DNA of 64,000 nt from Acidobacteriota bacterium (GTDB taxonomy: Bacteria; Acidobacteriota; UBA890; WLXD01): positions 4,224,001 through 4,288,000 of the forward strand of contig CBDFKD010000002.1 in the NCBI GenBank assembly GCA_965248695.1, written 5' to 3'. Positions 8,743 through 19,427 of the stretch are shown piece by piece. The translations under genes and the position numbers were made by a program. Numbering within the stretch: the first letter of the stretch is position 1; every line of letters starts with the position of its first letter. Below the pieces are notes generated by a model, which saw only the letters and a list, made by a program, of their open reading frames with translations, made no database searches and was not told the origin of the DNA.

Positions 8743-9954
8743 ATGCTCGGCTTCGAGATCATGTTGGTGGCGCTCACCTCGCTGCGTGCCAACTTGCTGC
8801 GATCGATGCTCACCATGCTGGGGGTGATCATCGGCGTGGCGGCGGTGATCACCATGGTGGCGCTGGGTGAGGGGGCGCAGGCATCGGTGCAGGATCAGCT
8901 CGCCGGCCTCGGTGCCAACCGCCTGACGGTACGCGCCGGTGCCGACTTCCGGCGCGGCGGATCGCATCGCGGTGCGCAGATGAAGGTCGAAGACGTCTAT
9001 GCGGTGCTCGAGAAGGCCACGTTGATCGAAGCGGTGGTGCCGACGCTGTCGCGCCAGAACGTGCAGGTCGAGTGGCAGAACTCACAGGGCACCAGCTCGA
9101 TCACCGGTACCTGGGCCGACTACCTGCGCATGGAGAACTGGCCCCTGGCCTCCGGACGTTTCTTCACCCCCACCGAACAGGAGGGCCACCGCAGGGTGGC
9201 GGTGCTGGGCTCCGACGCGGCCACCAACATATTCCCCTCCAACGTCGACCCGATAGGCGAGGAGCTGCGCATCCAGAGCATCGCCTTCGAGGTGATCGGG
9301 GTGATGGAGGAGAAGGGCGGCAGCTCGTTCTTCTCGCGCGACAACGTCATCATCATTCCCATGTCGACCGCCCAGCGGCGCCTGTTCGGCACCGAGCTCA
9401 TCAGCTCGATGACGGTCGAGGCGCTGTCTGAAGGGCACCTGACGATGGCGATGGCGGAGATCGAGAGCATCCTGCGCCGGCAGCACCGGCTGCGCCCGGG
9501 CGCCGACAACGACTTCTCGATCACGCGTCAGACCGAGTTTCTCAACGTCATGCAGTCGGCCACCCAGAGCTTCACCTTCCTGCTGGCCGGCATTGCCGGG
9601 GTGAGCCTGATCGTTGGCGGCATCGGCATCATGAACATCATGCTGGTGTCGGTGACAGAGCGCACTCGCGAGATCGGCATCCGCAAGGCCATCGGCGCGC
9701 GCCGCAACAGCATCCAGCTGCAGTTCCTCATCGAGGCGGTCGTGCTGTCATGTCTGGGCGGCGCGATGGGCATCGCCCTGGGCTACTTCGCCTCGCAGCG
9801 CATGGCCGAGTCGGCCGGTTGGCAGATGCTGGTGTCGGCCAACTCGGTGGGCCTGGCCTTCGGGTTCTCCGCCCTCATCGGCATCGTGTTCGGGTTCTAC
9901 CCGGCGCGCCGGGCCTCGAGGCTCGATCCGATCGAGGCGCTGCGCTACGACTGA
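8743..9954 (+). CDS. MacB/FtsX-type ABC transporter permease
   Basis: RSMLTMLGVIIGVAAVI; VGGIGIMNIMLVSVTERTREIGIRKAIGA; PARRASRLDPIEALRY. Confidence 0.95.
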   Translation: MLGFEIMLVALTSLRANLLRSMLTMLGVIIGVAAVITMVALGEGAQASVQDQLAGLGANRLTVRAGADFRRGGSHRGAQMKVEDVYAVLEKATLIEAVVPTLSRQNVQVEWQNSQGTSSITGTWADYLRMENWPLASGRFFTPTEQEGHRRVAVLGSDAATNIFPSNVDPIGEELRIQSIAFEVIGVMEEKGGSSFFSRDNVIIIPMSTAQRRLFGTELISSMTVEALSEGHLTMAMAEIESILRRQHRLRPGADNDFSITRQTEFLNVMQSATQSFTFLLAGIAGVSLIVGGIGIMNIMLVSVTERTREIGIRKAIGARRNSIQLQFLIEAVVLSCLGGAMGIALGYFASQRMAESAGWQMLVSANSVGLAFGFSALIGIVFGFYPARRASRLDPIEALRYD

Positions 9955-10115
9955 GACGCTTCACCGCACTGCGCCTCGCGTGCCGGCTCGCCGCTTTATC
10001 GCCTCCCGCCCGACGTCGATATGCTAGTGGTGGGGCCGGCGGCTCTGGTCGCATGCCACACGTCGACGTCCGGCGTTCGATGGTCGATTCCCTGAAGTGA
10101 GGCGGTGGAGCCGAA

Positions 10116-12359
10116 ATGCGTGATCGTCGGCCGGGTCACCGGCGCGCGTTGCTGAACCGGCGAGGGGCGTTGCGGCTGCTGGTGGCGAGCATAGCGCCGC
10201 GTGCTGTTTGCCTGGCGACCATCGTCGCGGCGGCCCCGGATCTGGTTGCGCAGGTGGCTGAGGCGGTCAGCGACGATTCCAGCGACGACGAGGCGATCGT
10301 GGCCGTCTTCGCGTCGACGCCCCCGGCCATCGACGGCATCCTCGACGACGCAGTTTGGCGCGCCGCCGTGCCCGCCACCGACTTCCGTCAACGTAATCCG
10401 GTCGACGGCGCCACACCTTCAGAGTCCAGCGAGCTTCGGGTTGCTTTCGATGCGACCAACATCTACTTCGGGCTGACGCTGAACGACTCGGAGCCCGACA
10501 AGATCCTCGCCCGCATCCTGCACCGTGAGGGGCGCATCGATCTCGACGACCGGGTGATCATCGCGCTCGACAGCTTCGACGACGATCGTTCCGCCTACAT
10601 CTTCGAGCTCAACGCGCTCGGCACCCAGGGTGACGCGTTCATTACCGATGAGCGCCTGGTGTTTTCGGACTGGAACTGGGAGGGCGTGTACCGCAGCCAG
10701 GGGAGGATCACCGATGCCGGTTGGGAGCTGGAGGTGGCGATTCCGTTCACCACCATTCGCTTCACTGATGCGGCGGCGCCGCGCATGGGGTTGGCTGTCT
10801 ACCGATCGATTCGCCGCAAGAACGAGGAGGTGATCTGGCCGCATATCTCGCAGCAGTACCGTAGCGGCATCTTCCAGGTGTCGCAGTACGCCGCGCTGGA
10901 GGGACTGCAGAACTTGCAGCGCGGACGCAACTTCGAGGTGAAGCCCTACGGGGTGATCGGCGGGCAGACGATCGAGCCCGAAGGATCCGACTTCCTGCGG
11001 GACGCGGGCGTCGACATGAAGATCGGCCTCACTTCGGGCCTGACGCTCGACCTGACCTACAACACCGACTTCGCCCAGGTCGAGGCCGACAACGTGCGCA
11101 TCAACCTGACGCGCTTCGGGCTGTTCTTTCCGGAGAAGCGTGAGTTCTTCGTGGAGCGCGCCAACCTGTTCACGTTCGGCGATCAGCGCAGCACCGAGGT
11201 GTTCTTCTCGCGTCGCATCGGGCTGGAGAACGACATCCTGGGCGGAGCAGCGGCTGACCGGCGAGGTGGGGCCGTTCTCGGTCGGCTTCCTGAACCTGCA
11301 GACGCGTGACTCCGATGCCCTGTCGGGTGCCAACAATACTGTCGTGCGCCTGCGCACCGAGCCGCTGCCGCGCACCTCGGTGGGGATGATCTTCACCAAC
11401 CTGCAGAACGCCGAGGGCCACAACCGTGTTGCCGGGGTCGACGGGGTGACGCGCTTCTGGTCCAGCAGTCAGTTCCGCTTCTGGGGGGCGCGCGCGTGTG
11501 GGACTCCGAACAGGGAGGCGCCGGCAACGGTGCCGGTGGCGCCGAGCTGACGCTGCGCAACGATCGCCACGGCCTGGTGCTCGGCTACCGTGACATCGGC
11601 GAGGCGTTCAACCCCGGCCTCGGCTTCGTGCGGCGGCTCGACCAGCGGGCGTTGCACTGGAGCGTATCGTTCACGCCGCGGTTCGAGAGCAGTACCTGGG
11701 CGCGGTCGGCGCGGATGTCGATGTTTGGCGACTACATCGCCGGGCACGATGGTCGCAAGCAGACCACGCAGGCCGGCATCCACAGCTCGTTCCAGTTCGA
11801 GAGCGGCGCCTCTGTCGGGCTGGTGGCGACGTCTAACTACGAGCGTCTGGACGAGGGGTTCTTCATCCGTAGCGACGTTGAGATCCCCACCGGGGAGTAC
11901 GACTTCTCGCGCCTCACGCTCTTTGCGCAAACGAACGCCGCTGCCGTCCTGTCGGGCGGTGCCAAGGCCACTTTCGGGGGCTTCTTCGGCGGTACGCGCA
12001 CCGAGTACGGTGCCAACCTGGAGTGGAAGCCGGGGCCGCGGTTGCGGTTGAACCTGGCGGCCGACCGCAACCTCATCTCGCTGCCGGTGGCGGGCGGCGA
12101 GTTCTCCACTGTTATCTATAGCGCCGACGTCGGCCTGGCCGCTTCGCGCAAGCTATTCGGCAACGCGCTGATCCAGTACGACAACTTCTCGCAAACGCTG
12201 CAGGCCAACTTCCGGGTCGACTGGATCCACACTCCGGGTAGCGATCTGTTCGTCGTCTTCGATACCGGCTACTTCCTCGGCGATCTGTTCGACCCACACG
12301 AAGCCCGCTGGCGTCGCCGGACCGGGGTGGTCAAGCTGACCTATCTGAAGGCGTTCTGA
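10116..12359 (+). CDS. CBM9-like plus DUF5916 outer-membrane beta-barrel protein, split by two frameshifts (about 11250 and 11490)
   Basis: PAIDGILDDAVW, EVAIPFTTIRF, LDLTYNTDFAQVEAD, LFFPEKREFF, FFSRRIGL; continues in the frames of ORFs 11140 and 11496 and ends VVKLTYLKAF. Confidence 0.8.
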
Positions 12360-12480
12360 CGCCGACGGCGTAAACGTGCGGCATCCGGCGGACAGGGTGG
12401 GGCCAATGGGGGACCGCCACGGGCAAGGGCGGAGGGAATGTGGTGTCGGCACGTGGACATCGAACGATAGATGCGCATTC

Positions 12481-12585
12481 TTGATTACTAAAAGTTAGTA
12501 TAAGCTAGTAAAAATAAATATAACTTATTAAAGAATAAGCTTGAGCTAAGAAAGCGTTCTAAACTATCTTTTCAATAACGCAAAT
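12481..12585. promoter_or_regulatory. AT-rich intergenic tract upstream of the diguanylate cyclase gene
   Basis: 24 G+C in the 100 nt of 12481-12580 (hand count), inside strongly GC-rich sequence. Confidence 0.55.
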
Positions 12586-12623
12586 GTCCTTTCCGCACCC
12601 CTAGGCCCGGTAGAGCCGCCGCG

Positions 12624-14999
12624 ATGAGTACGAGATCCTCCGAAGAGGCAATGGGATTCGACGAGATTCCCGGCGCCGAGCCTGACGGCGTTCGGATGTT
12701 GAGCAACCCGGTGCTGATCGCGCGCTGGGTGCTGGCGCTGGCCGCCTGCTACGCCGTGCTGTTCCACACCTCGGACGGTCTCGTTCCGGAGCTCAAGCAG
12801 AACTTCGTCGCTGGGGTGCTCGGGTTCACCCTGCTGGCCACCTGGGCGCTGCACAAGAAGCCCAGCAAGCTCCTGCGGATGATGGTATCGCTCATCGACA
12901 TCGCCATCGTCTCGGGGGCGATCGTCATCGTCGAGAACGCCTCCACGGAGTTCTTCCTCGTCTACCTGGTGGTGGTCACCTTCGCGGCGCAGAGCCTCGG
13001 TCCGGTTGCCGCCGGCGGCCACAGCCTGCTGGTGGCTCTAGTTTACGGAGGCTTGCTGTATCGCGAGCTGGGCGAAGCGGTGTTCACCAGCCCGGAGTAT
13101 CTGATCCGGCTGGGATTCCTTTGCGGGCTCGGGTTCATCTTCGCGGTGGTCGGCGATGAGGCCAAGCGCCAGAAGCGCCGCGCCCAGACGATCGCCGCTC
13201 GGATGCAGTCGGTGGCCGTGCACGCGCGCTCGCTGGCGCGCGACAAGTATCGGCTGCGCGCCCTGTCAGAGATCGGTCGGCTCGGGCTCGTTGGCGCCGC
13301 TGCGGCGGACAGCGACGTGCTGTTCGAGATCAGCAAGCGTGTGCAGAAAGGCGTCGGCGTGGACCGCTGCTCGCTCGTGGTTTTCAGCGGTGACGACGCG
13401 ACCGGCTACGTAGCGGCCAGCAGCGACGACGCCGCCATCGAGGTTCGCCCCATCAAGATCAAGCAGTATCCCGAGCTTCAGGAGACGCTTGCACACGGTG
13501 AGATCACCGAGTTCCGCCGCGGCGACCCGAAGGAAATCTGGTCGAAGGTAGCCGACTTTCTGCCCAACGTGAGCTCGTTCAACAGCTTCCTCGTGGTGCC
13601 GATCAAGGCCAACGAGCAGGTGTTCGGGGCGTTCTATTTGCGCGACCGCAAGGCCGGTCGGGTGTTCGATGAAGAGGAACGCGATTTCTGCTGGGCCTCG
13701 GCGCTGATGACCGCGTCGTTCATCCGCGGTCGCGGCCTGCTGCAGCAGCTACGCCAGCAGAGTCGCATCGATGGCCTGACGGGTCTGCTCAACTTCCAGG
13801 CGTTCACCGAAGAGGCGCAGAACACCCTCTCGGCGCCCAACGCGTTGACCGTGGCTCCGTTCACGCTCGCGGTCATCGACATGGACAACCTCAAGGAGGT
13901 CAACGACCAGCACGGTCACATGGCCGGCAACCGGGCCATCACCGAGATGGGTGATCGCTTGCGAGCCGCTCTGCCGGACGCCTTGGCGATGTGTCGTTAC
14001 GGTGGCGATGAGTTCGTTGCACTGGTTCATGGTTCTCGCGAATCCGCGGTGGAGCGACTTACGGAAATGCTCAACCAGCTCTCGGGGCTGCAGTGGGATG
14101 CGCCCTTCGTGGTGCGTGCCTCGATCGGGATCGCGGAGTTCCCGGTCAACGGTAGCGCCCTCGAGCAGCTGCTCGAGTCGGCCGATCAGGCGATGTACCT
14201 GGCCAAGGGCAGTGGCGGGCATCGGATCCGCAGCGCCGACTGCGACCAGGACGAGGGTGAGCTGTACGAGGCGGTCGTCCAGGTACAGACCCGTCGTATC
14301 GTTCCGGCGGCGATCGAGACCTTCAACGAGCAGCTCGGAGAGCTCCAGCGACGGTCCATTCTCGGACTCAAGGCCCCGGTGGTGCGCGAATCCATCGCCG
14401 CGCTGATGGAATCGGTAGAGCTCATCGATCCACACAGCAAGGAGCACTCGACAGAGGTGTCGCGTCTGTGCGGTCGGCTTGCCGCCGCGTTGCGAATGCC
14501 ACAGGAACACAGCCTGATGGTGGAGATCGGCGGTCATCTGCACGATGTCGGCAAGATCAAGCTGCCACCCGAGATACTCACCAAATCCGATGAGCTTTCC
14601 GCTGAAGAGCGCGCCGTTATCCAGCAGGTACCCGTCGAAGGGGCGAACATTCTGGCGTCGCTGCCGGGCCTCCGGGAGGTTGCCGAGATCGTGCTGGGTC
14701 ACCAGGAACGCTGGGATGGCAGTGGCTACCCCCGCGGGCTGGCCGGTGATGATATTCCGGTGGGGGCGCAGATCGTCGGTATCTGCGACGTCTACAACGC
14801 CCTCGTATCCGAACGCGCTCAGCGCCCGGCGCTCGACGTGCGTCGCGCCAGCGCGCTGATCGAACAGGAGATCGGACGACTCTGGAACCCGCAGCTGGCT
14901 CGCGTGTTCCTTGACCTGCTGGCGCAAGAGGATCCGGACGCGGTCGTCGGCGAAAACAACGCCAGGGACACTCCCGATGTCCAGGCAGCGAATGGATAG
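12624..14999 (+). CDS. Membrane-bound GAF-GGDEF-HD-GYP c-di-GMP turnover protein
   Basis: About five TM helices, a GAF-like region, DGLTGLLN, DMDNLKEVNDQHGH, RYGGDEF, HLHDVGKI, HQERWDGSGYP. Confidence 0.9.
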   Translation: MSTRSSEEAMGFDEIPGAEPDGVRMLSNPVLIARWVLALAACYAVLFHTSDGLVPELKQNFVAGVLGFTLLATWALHKKPSKLLRMMVSLIDIAIVSGAIVIVENASTEFFLVYLVVVTFAAQSLGPVAAGGHSLLVALVYGGLLYRELGEAVFTSPEYLIRLGFLCGLGFIFAVVGDEAKRQKRRAQTIAARMQSVAVHARSLARDKYRLRALSEIGRLGLVGAAAADSDVLFEISKRVQKGVGVDRCSLVVFSGDDATGYVAASSDDAAIEVRPIKIKQYPELQETLAHGEITEFRRGDPKEIWSKVADFLPNVSSFNSFLVVPIKANEQVFGAFYLRDRKAGRVFDEEERDFCWASALMTASFIRGRGLLQQLRQQSRIDGLTGLLNFQAFTEEAQNTLSAPNALTVAPFTLAVIDMDNLKEVNDQHGHMAGNRAITEMGDRLRAALPDALAMCRYGGDEFVALVHGSRESAVERLTEMLNQLSGLQWDAPFVVRASIGIAEFPVNGSALEQLLESADQAMYLAKGSGGHRIRSADCDQDEGELYEAVVQVQTRRIVPAAIETFNEQLGELQRRSILGLKAPVVRESIAALMESVELIDPHSKEHSTEVSRLCGRLAAALRMPQEHSLMVEIGGHLHDVGKIKLPPEILTKSDELSAEERAVIQQVPVEGANILASLPGLREVAEIVLGHQERWDGSGYPRGLAGDDIPVGAQIVGICDVYNALVSERAQRPALDVRRASALIEQEIGRLWNPQLARVFLDLLAQEDPDAVVGENNARDTPDVQAANG

Positions 15000-15009
15000 G
15001 AGGCAGAAA

Positions 15010-15297
15010 ATGAAACCAGCAAAGGACAGTCAGCACGACGAGCAGTCGCAGCCGACTTCACGGCTGGGCGTTCTCGGCGAGTTCATGACCGTCGAAGACG
15101 TTGCGGACATGCTTCGCATCAACAAGTCGACGGTGTATCGCATGGCGAAGGCGGGACGCATCCCGGCGACGCGCGTGGGTCGTCAGTGGCGCTTCCGCCT
15201 CTCGGCACTCGAGGACTTCCTGGATGCCGGCGGCGACGTGGCCTTCTCGCAAGAGGAAGAGCAGGAAGACGTGTGCAAGGTGGTCAACCGCTGGTAA
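15010..15297 (+). CDS. Excisionase-like (HTH_17) DNA-binding protein
   Basis: FMTVEDVADMLRINKSTVYRMAKAGRIPATRVGRQWRF; AGGAGG RBS overlaps the upstream stop. Confidence 0.85.
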   Translation: MKPAKDSQHDEQSQPTSRLGVLGEFMTVEDVADMLRINKSTVYRMAKAGRIPATRVGRQWRFRLSALEDFLDAGGDVAFSQEEEQEDVCKVVNRW

Positions 15298-15332
15298 GCG
15301 TTGCTACTCGTCGCTAAAGGCTCGTTCGGGCG

Positions 15333-16022
15333 TCAGAGCGTGAACCCGAGCGTGAACGTGAACGTTCGCCACCTCGAATCGACGCCCTCGCCGGCGTGTT
15401 CGAGCCGGCCCAGCCCCATCGTGTAGCGACCATCCAGGGCCAGCTGCCCGATGTTGAAGCTGATCCCCACGGGAAAGCCGACGTCGAACTTCTCGAGCTC
15501 ATCCGTGACCACGGTCTCCTCGACCGAGTCGGGGAAGCGCTCGATTGTCTTGGCGTGCAGCACGTACGCGACGGAGCCGCCCGCGTAGATGCTGAACCGC
15601 ACACCCGCTGCGCTGCGGCCGGTGTACAGCTTCAGCAGCAGCGGCACCTCGAGGTATTCGGTATCGAGCTCGATCACCGCCCCGGCGAAGGCGTCGCCGA
15701 GCCTGGCCAGGTCGGCCGTTGTGTTGCGACGCACGTAGTTGGCTTCCAGCTGGAAGCCGACCGTGTCACCTGCCGTCAGCAGGAGCCCGTAGACGCCGGC
15801 CGTGAAGCCCGTGTTCCTGTCGAACGGCACACCGGTGCGCGCGTCGAGCTCCATGATCCCGACCGCCTCCGCGAGGCTAACGCCGCCCTTGATTCCGAAC
15901 CCCTGGGCCTCGGCAGCCGAGGCCGCCAGCGTCCAGGCGCCTACGACGGCGATCCCGAGGATGACGCTCGGCCCACGCCGCCGACCGGTTGCCGAGTTGA
16001 GTCGGGAATGTCGTAGCTCCAT
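15333..16022 (-). CDS. Outer-membrane beta-barrel protein (porin/OMP_b-brl_2-like); start uncertain
   Basis: Signal peptide ending AEAQ; FGIKGG, YLEVPLLLKL, LDGRYTMGL; C-terminal FTFTLGFTL. Confidence 0.8.
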   Translation of the reverse strand: MELRHSRLNSATGRRRGPSVILGIAVVGAWTLAASAAEAQGFGIKGGVSLAEAVGIMELDARTGVPFDRNTGFTAGVYGLLLTAGDTVGFQLEANYVRRNTTADLARLGDAFAGAVIELDTEYLEVPLLLKLYTGRSAAGVRFSIYAGGSVAYVLHAKTIERFPDSVEETVVTDELEKFDVGFPVGISFNIGQLALDGRYTMGLGRLEHAGEGVDSRWRTFTFTLGFTL

Positions 16023-16183
16023 GCCCTTGAGGTGTGGAGCTCGGCCGGCCCTGGCCGGTCGCTCTCCGGAGATTCTGCTCAGGTTCACGACGGTGTCTAC
16101 CTTGTTTGCAGTTTCTCACTCTCGAAGGAAAGGCCACCGGGCGTTGGCCCGGCGGCCTCCCTGCTAACCGTGGACGCTAGCGG

Positions 16184-17818
16184 CTATTCGCGCGGCACGC
16201 GCATGGCTGCGAAGACGCTGTTGCCGTTTCTGCTGTTGTAGAAGTAGATCGACACCGCGTCGCCCGGGCCGTAGGCCGAGATCGCGGCAGCGTACTCCTC
16301 GATGTTGGCGATCCGGACACGTCCGATGCGGCGGATGACATCGCCCTGATCCAGACCGGCTCGTGCCGCCGGGCTGTTCGGCGCCACGGCCGTCACCACG
16401 ACGCCTTCGATCTCGGTCGGGATGTTGAGCTGCCGCGACAGACGGCCGGTGAGCTCGGTCACCCGCAGCCCGAGCTTGATACCGCCCATCTCTCCGGCGT
16501 CGTCGTCCGCATCGGGCTCGTCACGCTCGCCGCCGTTGCGACCACCGGTGAGCCGGCTGACGAGAATCTCGGCCTCGTCCGGACGCTCGGTCAGGACGAC
16601 TGGAAGATCGACGTCGGCGTAGCCGTCCTCGTCGTTGCGCAGCACGTTGAGCACGATCTCCTCGCCCGGAGTCTTGTTGGCCACGCGCTGCAGGAAGTCG
16701 GCCTGGCTCTCCAGCGGCGTGTCATCGGTGCCGACGACAATGTCGCCCGGCTCCACCCCGGCCTCGAGCGCCGGACCGTCGGGAGTGACCGTGTTGATGA
16801 TGGCGCCGCGCAACATCGGATCCAGGTCGTAGCCGTCGATCAGGTCGCGAGAGAGGTTCTGCACCGTGACGCCCAGATACCCGCGGATGATGTGACCGTG
16901 CTCGCGCAGTTGCTCCATGACGCGGCCGGCCAGATTCGCCGGCACGGCGAAGCCGACGCCGCTGAAGCTCGGGTTCATTCCGCCGCCGGTGGCGATCACG
17001 GTGTTGATACCGACCACCTCGCCGCGCAGGTTGACCAGCGGTCCACCGGAGTTGCCCGGATTGATCGCCGCGTCGGTCTGCACGAAGTCCTGATAGGCCG
17101 TCTGTGCCATTATGCCACCGAGGTTGGCGCGACCCAGCGCCGAGACGATGCCGGCCGAGACCGTGTTCTGTAGCCCGAACGGGGCGCCGATGGCCATGAC
17201 CCACTCGCCCACACGCACCAGGTCGGAGTCGCCGAGCGGCGCGAACGGAAGCCGGCGCGCGTCGATCTTGAGCAGCGCGATATCGGTGCCCAGGTCGGCG
17301 CCGACGATGGACGCCTCATAGACGCGATCATCGGCCAGCGTCACGCGCACCGAGCTGGCAAGGTCGGTCGCTGCGGTCTCGGTGTTGAGCACCGCCACCA
17401 CGTGCGCGTTGGTGAGGACGTAGCCATCCGCGCTGACCAGCACGCCGGAGCCCTGGCTGCGCGCGCGGTCCTCGAACTGGAACTCGTCTTCCTCGGGCGC
17501 TTCCTCTTCTTGCGGACGATCGCGGCCAAAGAAGTTGTCGAAGAAATCGTTGAATCGGCCGCCGGTAGCGCGCTGCTCCTGCGGCCGTTCGGCCTCGATG
17601 AAGACCACGGCGCGGCTGGTGTCTTCGGCCACGTTGACGAACAGACCCTGCGGCACCATGTCGGCCATGGGCGCGTCGCTCATTACCGCCGGCTGTGTCT
17701 GCTGCGGCTCGGTACCGCCGGCAGGCGCTATGCCCGCTACCGACAAACCCAGAAGTAGCCCGACGCCGACGAGGGTGGCAGTGGCGCCCACGCGTCCGAT
17801 CCTGTTCCAGATGTTCAT
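16184..17818 (-). CDS. degP: Do/DegP/HtrA-family periplasmic serine protease with two PDZ domains
   Basis: Catalytic triad motifs TNAHV, DIALLK, QTDAAINPGNSGGPL; two PDZ domains. Confidence 0.92.
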   Translation of the reverse strand: MNIWNRIGRVGATATLVGVGLLLGLSVAGIAPAGGTEPQQTQPAVMSDAPMADMVPQGLFVNVAEDTSRAVVFIEAERPQEQRATGGRFNDFFDNFFGRDRPQEEEAPEEDEFQFEDRARSQGSGVLVSADGYVLTNAHVVAVLNTETAATDLASSVRVTLADDRVYEASIVGADLGTDIALLKIDARRLPFAPLGDSDLVRVGEWVMAIGAPFGLQNTVSAGIVSALGRANLGGIMAQTAYQDFVQTDAAINPGNSGGPLVNLRGEVVGINTVIATGGGMNPSFSGVGFAVPANLAGRVMEQLREHGHIIRGYLGVTVQNLSRDLIDGYDLDPMLRGAIINTVTPDGPALEAGVEPGDIVVGTDDTPLESQADFLQRVANKTPGEEIVLNVLRNDEDGYADVDLPVVLTERPDEAEILVSRLTGGRNGGERDEPDADDDAGEMGGIKLGLRVTELTGRLSRQLNIPTEIEGVVVTAVAPNSPAARAGLDQGDVIRRIGRVRIANIEEYAAAISAYGPGDAVSIYFYNSRNGNSVFAAMRVPRE

Positions 17819-18086
17819 CTGAGCTGTCCTCCGCTCGAGAGATTCATGTTCGGTGTTCTGATAACCGGGGCCCCCCGGCCCCGGTCTGAGGTCTTAGACG
17901 ACCCGGCTCGCCGAATAGACGACCACGTCATGCCCCCTCTGTAAGCAAGCTTAGCGCGAAACCGTACCGATGGACCATGAGCGCGAGGCGCCCGAGGGAC
18001 TGTAGTGCGCTGAGATCGACAATCGCGGCGATCTGGGGCCAGCCACCACAGCGATCCGAGCACTTGCCCGCCGTAGTTAATGAAAA

Positions 18087-19241
18087 TCAGCCGCGGTCGG
18101 GGAGAGTCACGTAAGCGCGCGCGTCGGGACCGATGTACTCCGCGCGTGGACGAATAAGCTTGTTGTCGGCGTACTGCTCCATCACGTGCGTCGTCCATCC
18201 GGAGATCCGCGAGAGCGCGAAGATCATCGGGAACAGGTCGGGCGCCAGGCCGAGGTACGAATACAGGCTGGCCGACCAGAAATCGACGTTCACGGCGAGG
18301 CCCTTGCGCTCGGCGACCACCTCCACCAGACGCTGCGACACGGCCACCAGGTCGGTGCCGTCATCCTCGTGCGTAGCTTGCAGCGCCCTGGCGTGCTCGC
18401 GCAGGTGGCGGGCACGGGGGTCCTCGACCTTGTACACGCGGTGGCCGAAACCCATGATCTTCTGCCCAGCCGCGAGCGTCGTGTCGACCCACTCCTCGAC
18501 GCGCTCGACCGAACCGATGTCGTCGAGCGTTTCGCGCACGCGCTGGTTGGCGCCGCCATGCAGTGGACCCTTCAGTGTTCCGACCGCCGAGGTGACGGCG
18601 GAGTGCATGTCCGAGAGCGTCGCGGCGGTCACCTTGGCCGAGAACGTCGAGGCGTTGAAACCGTGGTCGGCATGCAGCACGAGCGCCACGTCGAGTGCGC
18701 GGACCGCCGTCTCGTTGGCGCGCTCACCGTGCAGCATGTAGAGGAAATTAGCGGCGTGCCCCAGCGCCGGATCCGGCGCTACTGGTTCGAGACCCAGGCG
18801 AGCACGATGGATCGCTGCCACGAGGGTGCCAAGCTGGGCGGTCAGGCGCCCGGCCTTGCGCTTGCTAGCGGCGATCGACATTTCCTCGGCGTCGGGGTCG
18901 TAGTTTCCGAGCGCCGAGACGGCGGTGCGCAACAGCGCCATCGGCGTCGTGTCGGCGGGCGCCGCCGAGATGAAGTCGAGAATGCCCGCGGCGACCGGTC
19001 GCTGAGCGGCGAGCGAGGTGGTGAAGTCGGCCAGATCAGCGCGATTCGGTAGCTGGCCGTTCCACAGCAAATAGACGGTTTCCTCGAAACACGAGTGCTC
19101 GGCCAGATCGTGGATGTCATAGCCGAAGTAGCGGAGCGTTCCGACCTTGCCGTCGATGAATCCCACCGAGGATTTGCCGGCAACGACGCCGGCGAGCCCG
19201 GTGCTTTTCTTCGGTTCGCTCTCGACCTTCGTATCCGTCAT
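18087..19241 (-). CDS. gltA: Citrate synthase (short dimeric type; 2-methylcitrate synthase not excluded)
   Basis: HADHGFNASTF, GPLHGGAN, GFGHRVYKVEDPRA, NVDF. Confidence 0.92.
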   Translation of the reverse strand: MTDTKVESEPKKSTGLAGVVAGKSSVGFIDGKVGTLRYFGYDIHDLAEHSCFEETVYLLWNGQLPNRADLADFTTSLAAQRPVAAGILDFISAAPADTTPMALLRTAVSALGNYDPDAEEMSIAASKRKAGRLTAQLGTLVAAIHRARLGLEPVAPDPALGHAANFLYMLHGERANETAVRALDVALVLHADHGFNASTFSAKVTAATLSDMHSAVTSAVGTLKGPLHGGANQRVRETLDDIGSVERVEEWVDTTLAAGQKIMGFGHRVYKVEDPRARHLREHARALQATHEDDGTDLVAVSQRLVEVVAERKGLAVNVDFWSASLYSYLGLAPDLFPMIFALSRISGWTTHVMEQYADNKLIRPRAEYIGPDARAYVTLPDRG

Positions 19242-19427
19242 CGCCCGGTCCCGTGCACACGCTACGGTATCAACGGATCGGTATCGCCCAGCCCCCCACG
19301 CATGTTGAGCGGCGCCTCGACCTGTCGAAGTCCATCGTACTGTCTAGTCCGCGGCCCCACAAACCGCCCGCCAGCGGTGCATGCAGCCGCGCTGACGACC
19401 GCTGGCGTTGGTCGGTAGCCAATCGCC

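Noticed and set aside
15010-15297. Prophage or ICE suggested by the excisionase-like gene
   Set aside because: No integrase, att site, tRNA or phage genes nearby.
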